Shown: positions 17,620-25,396 of the stretch, piece after piece
Position numbering within the stretch: the first letter of the stretch is position 1
Layout of the letters: the number at the start of each line of letters is the position of its first letter
DNA from: Promethearchaeum syntrophicum
Lineage (GTDB): Archaea > Asgardarchaeota > Lokiarchaeia > Sigyniarchaeales > Promethearchaeaceae
NCBI RefSeq assembly: GCF_008000775.2
Contig: NZ_CP042905.2
Location: 1,080,001-1,112,000, forward strand
Direction of reading: 5' to 3'
Length of the DNA stretch: 32,000 nt
Notes under the pieces: generated by a model
Seen by the model: only the letters and a program-made list of their open reading frames with translations
Told to the model about the DNA's origin: nothing
Databases searched by the model: none
Translations under genes and position numbers: made by a program

Positions 17620-18966
17620 ATGAGTGAAGCAAAAAAGAGTAATATTCCTTGGGTTGAAAAATATCGTCCACAATCTGCTAAAGATTTAATTGGATTTGAA
17701 AAAGTAATAAATAAATTGAAGCAATTTCTGGATGATTTTTTTATTTTTCAAGCAAAATATCGAAACCTAAGGAAAGAAATTAAAACCATTTCAGACCCCC
17801 CCTTGTTAAAGAAAAAAAAACTCCAGCTTAAATCTTTTCAATTAAAAATGCAGAGGCACAAAGCTCAAATATTAATAGGGCCTCCTGGAGTTGGAAAAAC
17901 CACTATTGTATACGCTCTAGCTAATGATTATAATATGAGTGTTATTGAATTAAACGCTTCAGATGTCAGAACTGAAGATGCGATACAAAATAAATTACAA
18001 GAAACTGTAAAATCTACAAATCTTCTCTCGTTTACGTCAAAAAAATCTAAAGGGAAAATTATTTTAATCGATGAAGTTGATGGGTTACACGGTCAGAGCG
18101 ATCGAGGTGGAGTTAAGGCCCTTGTTAATATTATCGCCCAATCAAAATTCCCCCTCATCTTGACATGCAACTTTCGAGATAAAAAATTAAAATCCTTATT
18201 TGATCTATTAGGTTCTATTGATATCTCTCAAGCCTCAGCCAAAGATATCTCAAAAGTGCTGAGAAAAATATCAAAATATGAAAATCTTGATATATCAGAG
18301 GACCAAATCCATCAGCTTGCAATTGGATCAAATGGAGATTATAGATCTTCAATTAACGATCTCCAAGCTCTCACGCAAAGTAGTCATAGCATTGATGAAG
18401 AGACCCTCAAAAATATTAATATTAAAAGAGATACAGAAACTGAAGTCCAACTTTTCATGAATAATATGTTTGCGACTTATAGAATTAAGGATACAAAAAA
18501 AATAATAGATGATGTTCTTGGACCTGGAATTGATTTCCGGTCAATTCATAAATGGATTAACGAAAATTTATTGTCTTATATCACAAAGAGATATGATTTG
18601 TATTATGCTTTTGAAAATCTTGCACATTCTGATAGAATCCTTGGGTATGTTGGGCGAACTCAAGATTATGCTCATTTAAGTTATTACTTTGATATTTTAG
18701 CTGGAGTTCGGTACGCAAAATCTGATAAAATATTACCAAAAGATAAAAAAGTACGACCTCCAAGATGGTTCAGGACGCGAGCAGTTCCGGATGATGAAGT
18801 TGCTTTAAGTCTTCAAAAACTCTACACACTTTCTTTAAATTCTATTATGAAGGAAATTCGTCCTAATCTAAACTTGTTTCTCAAGTTTCCAATTGGAATA
18901 AAAGAATATCTTGCTTCTGTATTACAGGAAGATGTTAAAAAAATTCCAAAATTGATCGCAAATTAA
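17620..18966 (+). CDS. rfcL: replication factor C large subunit
   Basis: IPWVEKYRPQSAKDLIG, Walker A GPPGVGKTT, VIELNASDVRT, Walker B IILIDEVDGLHGQSDRGG and PLILTCN are the typical archaeal RFC-L pattern. A ~40-aa insert precedes Walker A. The gene starts 3 nt after the preceding stop, with AGGAG upstream. Confidence 0.85.
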   Translation: MSEAKKSNIPWVEKYRPQSAKDLIGFEKVINKLKQFLDDFFIFQAKYRNLRKEIKTISDPPLLKKKKLQLKSFQLKMQRHKAQILIGPPGVGKTTIVYALANDYNMSVIELNASDVRTEDAIQNKLQETVKSTNLLSFTSKKSKGKIILIDEVDGLHGQSDRGGVKALVNIIAQSKFPLILTCNFRDKKLKSLFDLLGSIDISQASAKDISKVLRKISKYENLDISEDQIHQLAIGSNGDYRSSINDLQALTQSSHSIDEETLKNINIKRDTETEVQLFMNNMFATYRIKDTKKIIDDVLGPGIDFRSIHKWINENLLSYITKRYDLYYAFENLAHSDRILGYVGRTQDYAHLSYYFDILAGVRYAKSDKILPKDKKVRPPRWFRTRAVPDDEVALSLQKLYTLSLNSIMKEIRPNLNLFLKFPIGIKEYLASVLQEDVKKIPKLIAN

Positions 18967-18981
18967 AGATAATAATCTATG

Positions 18982-18994
18982 TTTTGCTTTTTTT
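18982..18994 (+). terminator. oligo-T tract downstream of rfcL (archaeal-type terminator candidate)
   Basis: ttttgcttttttt begins 16 nt after the rfcL stop, in a convergent intergenic region. Confidence 0.4.
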
Positions 18995-19067
18995 GAAATT
19001 AAAAATTCTTTCTTTCGCCGATTTAACATATTCCGCTGAATTATCATACCCTATAAAATGATGTTTT

Positions 19068-19679
19068 TCACCAAATATCATAATAATGTTGAATAAAATC
19101 TAATGAAGTGTTAGGCCCTTTAGATATATTATTCCAATCAATTGGGATGTATTTACAATCAGGATCGCTTTTTAATGCATTGAAACCTTTTGTAGATAAA
19201 GAAACACCTCTAGGATTTGTTCCTGATTTAGGTTTATTCAGAAATTCTGATTTGAGTTTTTTTCGAATTTTCTGTAGTAATTCAATTGAAAAATAATAGA
19301 GTCCCCCAACAGATTTTTGAAAGATTAAAAGAATTATTGGATATTTTGGGGTGAATTCTTCATAGAATTTAATAGCAAGTTCATAATTACTTGTCCATAT
19401 TAATTTAAAGCTTTTTGAGATACTAGTTTTAAAAGAAATCAATTCATTAAATAAGATAAAATCAGCTTCAGCTTCTTGAGGAGGTAATTTATCAGAGAAA
19501 TTATCTCCAAAATGTTTTGAAAAAATGCCTATTATCATCTTTTCTCTTAGAGTTCCAATATCTGGGGATAATTTTCCATCTTTTGCAAAAGCATTATTTA
19601 AATCGTAGATATATTTAGGAAATCTATTTTGAATTTTTTTTATAAATGTTTTGTCATTGAATATATCATTAAAGCTCAT
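19068..19679 (-). CDS. putative type II restriction endonuclease (PD-(D/E)xK-like candidate)
   Basis: It is the last gene of a co-oriented cassette behind two MTase-family genes. A possible nuclease core is EAEADFILFNELISFKTS (D...E/S-x-K spacing). The call rests on context plus this weak motif only. Confidence 0.4.
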   Translation of the reverse strand: MSFNDIFNDKTFIKKIQNRFPKYIYDLNNAFAKDGKLSPDIGTLREKMIIGIFSKHFGDNFSDKLPPQEAEADFILFNELISFKTSISKSFKLIWTSNYELAIKFYEEFTPKYPIILLIFQKSVGGLYYFSIELLQKIRKKLKSEFLNKPKSGTNPRGVSLSTKGFNALKSDPDCKYIPIDWNNISKGPNTSLDFIQHYYDIW

Positions 19680-19745
19680 AAAGAGAGTGAATAAAAAGTA
19701 AAAATAACAATATTAATACTATTGTGATAATATCACTTTTTATTT

Positions 19746-20585
19746 TTACCATTCAAAGAAAATATTCATATTTCTATGATTTTGTGCAAATTTCATAAAA
19801 TCACGATTAATATTTGGAAATATATATAATATATTATCTTCAACAAAGGAAAATAGATGAATAAATCTTTGAATATAATCTGTAATTTCCTTGGATTGAA
19901 TAAGAGTTTCATCATTTTTTAACATTAACTCATTATTATATCGCCAAATTGATTTTGTATATGTTAAAAATTGATCACGAGTAATGGTATCTGTTTTTTC
20001 AAATGCTTTCCTTTTATTTTTTTTAATCCGTTTTAACACATCTTTACTTGAAATAAGTGCAATATTTAGATTAGAATTTAAGTTATCAAGGGATTTTTCA
20101 AAATTCTTATTAGGAATATTAAGAATTACATTTCCCCTCATAATCATATCACTATTAATCAGGATTTTAGTAATTTTTGCATGAAGGGGATAAAATTGAG
20201 AATTTTTGACATTTTTATCAATATGATTATTTACAAGAATTATTAAGCGCCCCCCTGTTATCAAAAATTTTCTTAAAATCTTTATTGTTTTTACAATTTC
20301 TTGAAACCATTTATCAAAATTTTCAAAGATATCTTTATCAATTTGCGGGATTTGAACAATTATAAGATGTATACTTTCATCTATAATTTTTTTAGCATTT
20401 ATTTCATTAAATTTTAAGACTTCATTAAATATTTCTTTTGAAATTTCTGCTGATCTATCAATAACTTCTTTTTTTTCATTTATAATAAAACCATCATATA
20501 ATCTAGATGAGTAAAATTGACGCGAATCATGCCCCTCTCTTTTAGATACTCCAAAATCACTTGTTTTGGTACGATTTCTTGACAT
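19746..20585 (-). CDS. DNA-methyltransferase-like paralogue with ablated catalytic and SAM motifs
   Basis: It aligns by eye along its length with the neighbouring MTase: DESIHLIIVQIPQ vs DESIHLMVTSPPY; ITGGRLIILVNN vs IPGGIVALNIAN; SIWRYN vs NLWAFG; FSFVEDNILYIFPNINRD vs FSEENDIILDPFMGSGST. It remains an intact 279-codon ORF in a very AT-rich region. Confidence 0.65.
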   Translation of the reverse strand: MSRNRTKTSDFGVSKREGHDSRQFYSSRLYDGFIINEKKEVIDRSAEISKEIFNEVLKFNEINAKKIIDESIHLIIVQIPQIDKDIFENFDKWFQEIVKTIKILRKFLITGGRLIILVNNHIDKNVKNSQFYPLHAKITKILINSDMIMRGNVILNIPNKNFEKSLDNLNSNLNIALISSKDVLKRIKKNKRKAFEKTDTITRDQFLTYTKSIWRYNNELMLKNDETLIQSKEITDYIQRFIHLFSFVEDNILYIFPNINRDFMKFAQNHRNMNIFFEW

Positions 20586-20610
20586 TTTGATTTTTCACTT
20601 TTTATTCGGA

Positions 20611-21615
20611 TTATTTAAGATAGGATAATAAGTTATTCTGTATTTTTCGTTTCTTCTTTGATTCTGAAGTAATTGTCTCTTCATTCCTTTTGATAACTTG
20701 GGTTAATTTTTTAGGAAATGGGAGTGGTTCAATTTGATTAGGCTTTAGATTTCCTTTCTTTAATTCTTCTTTGATTCTCTTTTTTTCTTTTCTTTCCCTC
20801 TTTATTCTTATTTTTTTCTTTTCTGGATGATAATATTCATCAATTCTTCTTTCACAATTAGCAATATACTGATGATTTATTTCATAACCAACGTACCTTC
20901 TCTTAGCAATGATGGCAGCAAGAGCAGTTGATCCAGATCCCATAAAAGGATCTAAAATAATATCATTTTCTTCAGAAAACATTAGAATAATCTTATATGG
21001 TAGTTCTACCCTAAAAGGTGCAGGATGATTAACCCTTTTTGCGCTTTCAGTTCCAAATGCCCATAGATTTGTTAATAATTCTTCTTCATTAATTTCCACT
21101 TTTTTATCATCAATTTTTTCAGGAAATTTATTGATTCTTCCTTTTGGAAAATGAATTACTTTTCTATCTAAATCAGGTTTTCGAGCAATAATAATATATT
21201 CATGAACATCTCTTAAAGAAGGGTTTGATGCTGATTGCCAACTACCCCATGCACAACTTCCACCTGCACTGGCGGCTTTATCCCATATGATTTCTTGTAT
21301 TATTTCAAAATGTAATTTTTCAAGGATTTCAATAAAATAACAATCTAAAGGAAGATATGGCTTTCGTCCAACATTAGCTATATTCAATGCTACGATACCT
21401 CCCGGAATTAAAACCCGAGAGATTTCTTTATGAACTTCTTCAATAAAATCTAAATATTCTTTTAAATTCAAGTTTTCATCATATTGTTTTGTTACATTAT
21501 AGGGTGGTGATGTCACCATTAAATGGATAGATTCATCTTTTAATTGTGTCATTTTTCGAGAATCTTGACAATAAATTTTATTCCACAATGAATCTTGAGC
21601 TTTCAATAATTTCAA
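20611..21615 (-). CDS. beta-class N4-cytosine/N6-adenine DNA methyltransferase with C-terminal basic tail
   Basis: Motif IV TSPPY (21499-21510) precedes motif I DPFMGSGST, which is the beta-class order of the N6_N4_Mtase family. SPPY is most often seen in m4C enzymes. A ~70-aa K/R/E-rich tail ends in KKKRKIQNNLLSYLK. A TTG start at 21615 is needed to retain the conserved WNKIYCQD segment. Confidence 0.85.
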   Translation of the reverse strand: MKLLKAQDSLWNKIYCQDSRKMTQLKDESIHLMVTSPPYNVTKQYDENLNLKEYLDFIEEVHKEISRVLIPGGIVALNIANVGRKPYLPLDCYFIEILEKLHFEIIQEIIWDKAASAGGSCAWGSWQSASNPSLRDVHEYIIIARKPDLDRKVIHFPKGRINKFPEKIDDKKVEINEEELLTNLWAFGTESAKRVNHPAPFRVELPYKIILMFSEENDIILDPFMGSGSTALAAIIAKRRYVGYEINHQYIANCERRIDEYYHPEKKKIRIKRERKEKKRIKEELKKGNLKPNQIEPLPFPKKLTQVIKRNEETITSESKKKRKIQNNLLSYLK

Positions 21616-21854
21616 TTCCAGTTTTTTTTATATTTATCAAAGATTTTATTTTTTTAATAATTTCACCATTAATAAATGATATTACAGAACTAAATTATTT
21701 AACGTATGTTTTAATTCGAAATTATTAGAAATGCAACTTGAAATATTTTTCGAACTTTCGATAAATTTGTATCGTGTTTTCTAAATAATTTTTTTTTTTT
21801 GGGAGAAGAGGATACAACTACAAGTTGACTTTACTTTATGATACTCCAAAAGAA

Positions 21855-23222
21855 CTAGTCTTGGAGCTTTTTCGGGATGTTTTTTTTTTGATCACCATTA
21901 TTTTTTCCCCTTTTTCTCTCTATAAATATTGCAAAAAATAACATTATTAACCCACCTAATGTGATAATAGCAGATATAAGAAATGCAAATTTATAAGCAT
22001 TATTTTCTGGTATTCCATCTGCTATTAATCGATCTATTAATGGACCAATAACAAAAGTCGATCCTATTCCCCATGATAGAAAAAAAGTGGCATTATAAAC
22101 CCCAAATAATCGTCCTCGTTTTTCTTGAGGTATTAATAAGGATGCTAATGCATAAGATGAAGTCATTATTAAAACTTCAGCAGCCCCCCAGATAAATCTT
22201 CCAACATACATTAATCCTAAACTTGTTGTTAGAGCAATGATAATTAAGTAAATTACTGCAAAAAAGGAGCTTATTACTAAAGTTTTCCTAAGTCCAACTT
22301 TGTTAGTTAATTTTCCCGCTATAAAACCTATTAGAATTATAGCTATTCCTCTGGTGTTTGAAATAAAACCTAATGTTAATGGATCTACTGCAAAACCTGA
22401 TTCCAACACCAAATATTGGCTGAAAGGTATGGCAATTGAATTTCTGCCTACATTTATTATAAAAAGAGCAGCTATATAAGATAGGAATACAACATAAGAA
22501 AATTCCGGTGAATTTGTCGACTCTCCTGAACTGAAATTATTTTTAATTTCTGGATTGTTCCACGATCTTTTTGCTCCCCCTTCAGGTACAAGAAAAAGTA
22601 TAGGAATAATGGAAGTAATCATAATTGCAGCTGCGATAAAAAAAAGTGGTCCTTCTTTAAAACCATACCCATCATATTTAAGTCCATACCCATCGTAGAA
22701 AACTCCTCCGATTAAAACCCCCACTATTTGACCAATTCCTCCTAAACTTGTTAATCTTCCCATAGCTTTACTTCTTTTTTTTGGGGAAAAAATATCACTA
22801 ACTAATGCACTCCAAGCGATATTTGACATTGACCAGAAGAATTCGATAATAGATAATCCTATAATAACAAAGTAACCCGCTAACTGAAGATCTGCAAAAG
22901 TGTTATGAACAAAATACACAATAACTATACCAATACCCGCTGAAAGCTCTCCAATTACAATAAAAATCCTCCGTTTTTGGATTTTATCGGTTAAAGGACC
23001 CCATACGAAATTTTGAGCTACTACGCTTAAAATCATAGGAATTGTCGCAAAAAGAGTTGTGGCAGTTACAGATAAATTGAGAAAAAATCTCAAGTATAGA
23101 GATAAATAGGTGTAAAATAAGCCCCGTCTAAACATAGCGAGAATCTGAAACGACGATAACCCTAGAAATATACGTTGTAACACGTTTTTGTTTGATTTTA
23201 ACTCTTCATTCATTGTTTTCAT
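21855..23222 (-). CDS. MFS transporter
   Basis: About 12 TM helices and the MFS motif A-like GPLTDKIQKRRIFIV between TM2 and TM3. Confidence 0.85.
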   Translation of the reverse strand: MKTMNEELKSNKNVLQRIFLGLSSFQILAMFRRGLFYTYLSLYLRFFLNLSVTATTLFATIPMILSVVAQNFVWGPLTDKIQKRRIFIVIGELSAGIGIVIVYFVHNTFADLQLAGYFVIIGLSIIEFFWSMSNIAWSALVSDIFSPKKRSKAMGRLTSLGGIGQIVGVLIGGVFYDGYGLKYDGYGFKEGPLFFIAAAIMITSIIPILFLVPEGGAKRSWNNPEIKNNFSSGESTNSPEFSYVVFLSYIAALFIINVGRNSIAIPFSQYLVLESGFAVDPLTLGFISNTRGIAIILIGFIAGKLTNKVGLRKTLVISSFFAVIYLIIIALTTSLGLMYVGRFIWGAAEVLIMTSSYALASLLIPQEKRGRLFGVYNATFFLSWGIGSTFVIGPLIDRLIADGIPENNAYKFAFLISAIITLGGLIMLFFAIFIERKRGKNNGDQKKNIPKKLQD

Positions 23223-23263
23223 TAACTTTTAATTTTCATTAAGTCTTTTGATTAATATTTATC

Positions 23264-23602
23264 ATGAAAAATTCAACCTATGCAGCAATTTTAATGAAAG
23301 TTGCGCCTCCTAAAACAATGGGGGGGGCGGATTATTATCAATTGGGGTTTAAAACTGCTAGTGGGAAACGGATATTGGTCGTTTTAGGCGTCTATATGAT
23401 GGGTTGGAGTGGTAATTTAAGTAAATCGAAAATTTATTATTATCATGAAAAAGGGGAGCGACTTGTTAAAACATCAATGAAAAATCCCGAGCATTTCATT
23501 GGGCAACGATTCAAGATTACAGGATTTTTACAAACTCTGAGTAAAAAAGAAGAGAAATACCGCATTTTTCCTCTTGAACGGCTTGTTTATTACCCTAAAT
23601 AA
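23264..23602 (+). CDS. hypothetical protein (112 aa)
   Basis: Clean ATG ORF with a non-repetitive soluble sequence. No recognisable motif. Confidence 0.5.
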   Translation: MKNSTYAAILMKVAPPKTMGGADYYQLGFKTASGKRILVVLGVYMMGWSGNLSKSKIYYYHEKGERLVKTSMKNPEHFIGQRFKITGFLQTLSKKEEKYRIFPLERLVYYPK

Positions 23603-23667
23603 ATTGAAAAAGAATGCATAAAAAACCAGATATAAAATTTATATAGATTTACCGCAAGAGAAACATA

Positions 23668-24360
23668 ATGACAACTTCAATTTATTTTATGATTGGATTT
23701 TTCCTCTTCTTTGTTATTCATCTCATTGGAGAACTTCTTTTAATTAAAAATAAAGAAAGTAAAAATCATATGCTAATCCGATATATTAGCAAACCCCTTC
23801 TAATGCCGTTACTGGCGTGTTTCTACATCTTTGATAATACAAGTCTCAATTTATGGGTTATCTTAGGAATTGCAGGAGATTTTTTGGGAGATGTCTTTCT
23901 CATGATTCCAGATCCTCAAAAAACCAAGAAGTTTTTTAAAATTGGTCTGATTTCTTTCCTATTAGGACATATTTTCTATATAATCGCTCTTATTTTAATG
24001 ACTGATTTTTCAAAATTTCAGTGGTGGAGTCTACTCCTTTCAATCCCGTATATTATAATAGGAATAATAGTTTACCCTCGCTTAATAAAACATACTGGAA
24101 AAATGAAGATTCCCGTAACTGTTTATTTAATAGTTATTATTTTCATGGGTGTGTGCACTACGTTCCTATGGGGCGGAGCGGAACCAATAGGTGTTATTTT
24201 GCTAATGATGGGTGCATTAGTGTTTATTATTTCCGACACAATAAATGCATTTAATAAATTTGCCAAAGAAATTCCTTACGAACGTCTTTATACGATGAGT
24301 ACATATCTGTTAGGACAATTTCTACTAATATTTGGCTTTTTAAATGCTACATCTCTCTAG
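23668..24360 (+). CDS. YhhN/TMEM86 (lysoplasmalogenase) family membrane protein
   Basis: ISKPLLMPLLA, GIAGDFLGDVFLM, FLLGHIFYI and GALVFIISDTINAF match the conserved YhhN-family blocks. About 8 TM helices. Confidence 0.75.
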   Translation: MTTSIYFMIGFFLFFVIHLIGELLLIKNKESKNHMLIRYISKPLLMPLLACFYIFDNTSLNLWVILGIAGDFLGDVFLMIPDPQKTKKFFKIGLISFLLGHIFYIIALILMTDFSKFQWWSLLLSIPYIIIGIIVYPRLIKHTGKMKIPVTVYLIVIIFMGVCTTFLWGGAEPIGVILLMMGALVFIISDTINAFNKFAKEIPYERLYTMSTYLLGQFLLIFGFLNATSL

Positions 24361-24403
24361 AAATAAAGGAAAAATGAAGGAAAAATAAAAAATAATTCAA
24401 AAA

Positions 24404-24419
24404 AGGAAAAAAATTTCCT
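24404..24419. terminator. short hairpin between convergent genes (AGGAAA-aaaa-TTTCCT)
   Basis: Perfect 6-bp inverted repeat with a 4-nt loop in the 65-nt gap between convergent genes 23668..24360 (+) and 24426..25058 (-). The stem is weak and AT-rich. Confidence 0.3.
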
Positions 24420-24425
24420 AGATCT

Positions 24426-25058
24426 TTATTCAATCTTTTTTCTATATCTTCCTATTGCAAAAACAAATAATCCAATAGCTACCATTACCAAACCACCAAT
24501 TAATTGAAGAGAATTATACATATAGACATTAACATCATCAATTATATGCGTTGGTGCAACAATTAATGTTTGTAGCGATAAAATAAGCCCTGGAATTATT
24601 AATACAGCAGATAAATTCGTAGAAACTGAACCTTTTTCGCTTTCATCTTCAAATAATGCTTCTTTAAAGCTTGGTATTAAAAGCAATATTAGGATGATTA
24701 GATAAATGAACGTTCTTAGAAGGGATGGAGAAAATGATGACCCCCCTATTAGCATTATTAGCAATGCTGGGATAAGACCACTAATGAATCCCGTTATATT
24801 TGTAATAATGGCAGTAATATAAGCCCATTTTTTATTCTTCTTAATTGCCCAAACCAATACACCCGAACCAATTGCAGCAGCCCATGATAAAAGGGTTGTG
24901 ATAATAAAAATCCATTGCATTTGATTCATAATATAAAGGGAACTAGTAGGATCTGTCGGAGGGGTAAATGTAGGACAAGATGATCCATATGCACTAATTA
25001 ATCCAATTATTGCTGCAATTACCTCCAAAATTATTATTGTTCTTTTTTTTCCACTCAT
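24426..25058 (-). CDS. polytopic membrane protein, unknown function
   Basis: About 6 TM helices. I prefer ATG 25058 (MSGKKRTIIILEV..., with GGAG ~11 nt upstream) over the TTG 25073 in the ORF track. Confidence 0.6.
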   Translation of the reverse strand: MSGKKRTIIILEVIAAIIGLISAYGSSCPTFTPPTDPTSSLYIMNQMQWIFIITTLLSWAAAIGSGVLVWAIKKNKKWAYITAIITNITGFISGLIPALLIMLIGGSSFSPSLLRTFIYLIILILLLIPSFKEALFEDESEKGSVSTNLSAVLIIPGLILSLQTLIVAPTHIIDDVNVYMYNSLQLIGGLVMVAIGLFVFAIGRYRKKIE

Positions 25059-25396
25059 TTCTTTCAACTCCAATAAAAAAATTTATATTGATTTGGATGT
25101 AAAAATTACCAAATTCAATAGAAAATTATATCAAGAATACCCTAAAAAATGCTAATTTAATCTTGATTTTTACTGTATAAAAGCATTTCTCCTTTTTCTT
25201 AAGTAAAAATGTGAAAATCTCTATTATATTCAAATATTGAGATTGAGAATGAAGCTTATTGGTAAAGTAAATTATATAAAAACTAAAAATTTCTTGATAA
25301 AAAATACTAAGAAAAAACAAAGAAAAGAAAAGGTGGATATGAAAAAAGCAGATATTAAAAATAGGTGATTAAAATGAGAAATTTAATATATATTTA

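Noticed and set aside
17722-17742. PIP-like QFLDDFF near the N-terminus of RFC-L
   Set aside because: The spacing is one residue short of Q-x-x-h-x-x-a-a. The segment also corresponds to the conserved helix following RFC box II, so it is structural rather than a docking peptide.
25126-25320. 64-aa minus-strand ORF in the tfb-downstream intergenic region
   Set aside because: The sequence is pure low-complexity (FFLSIFYQEIFSFYIIYF...). It has no SD or start context and lies where the tfb terminator and the next gene's promoter should be.
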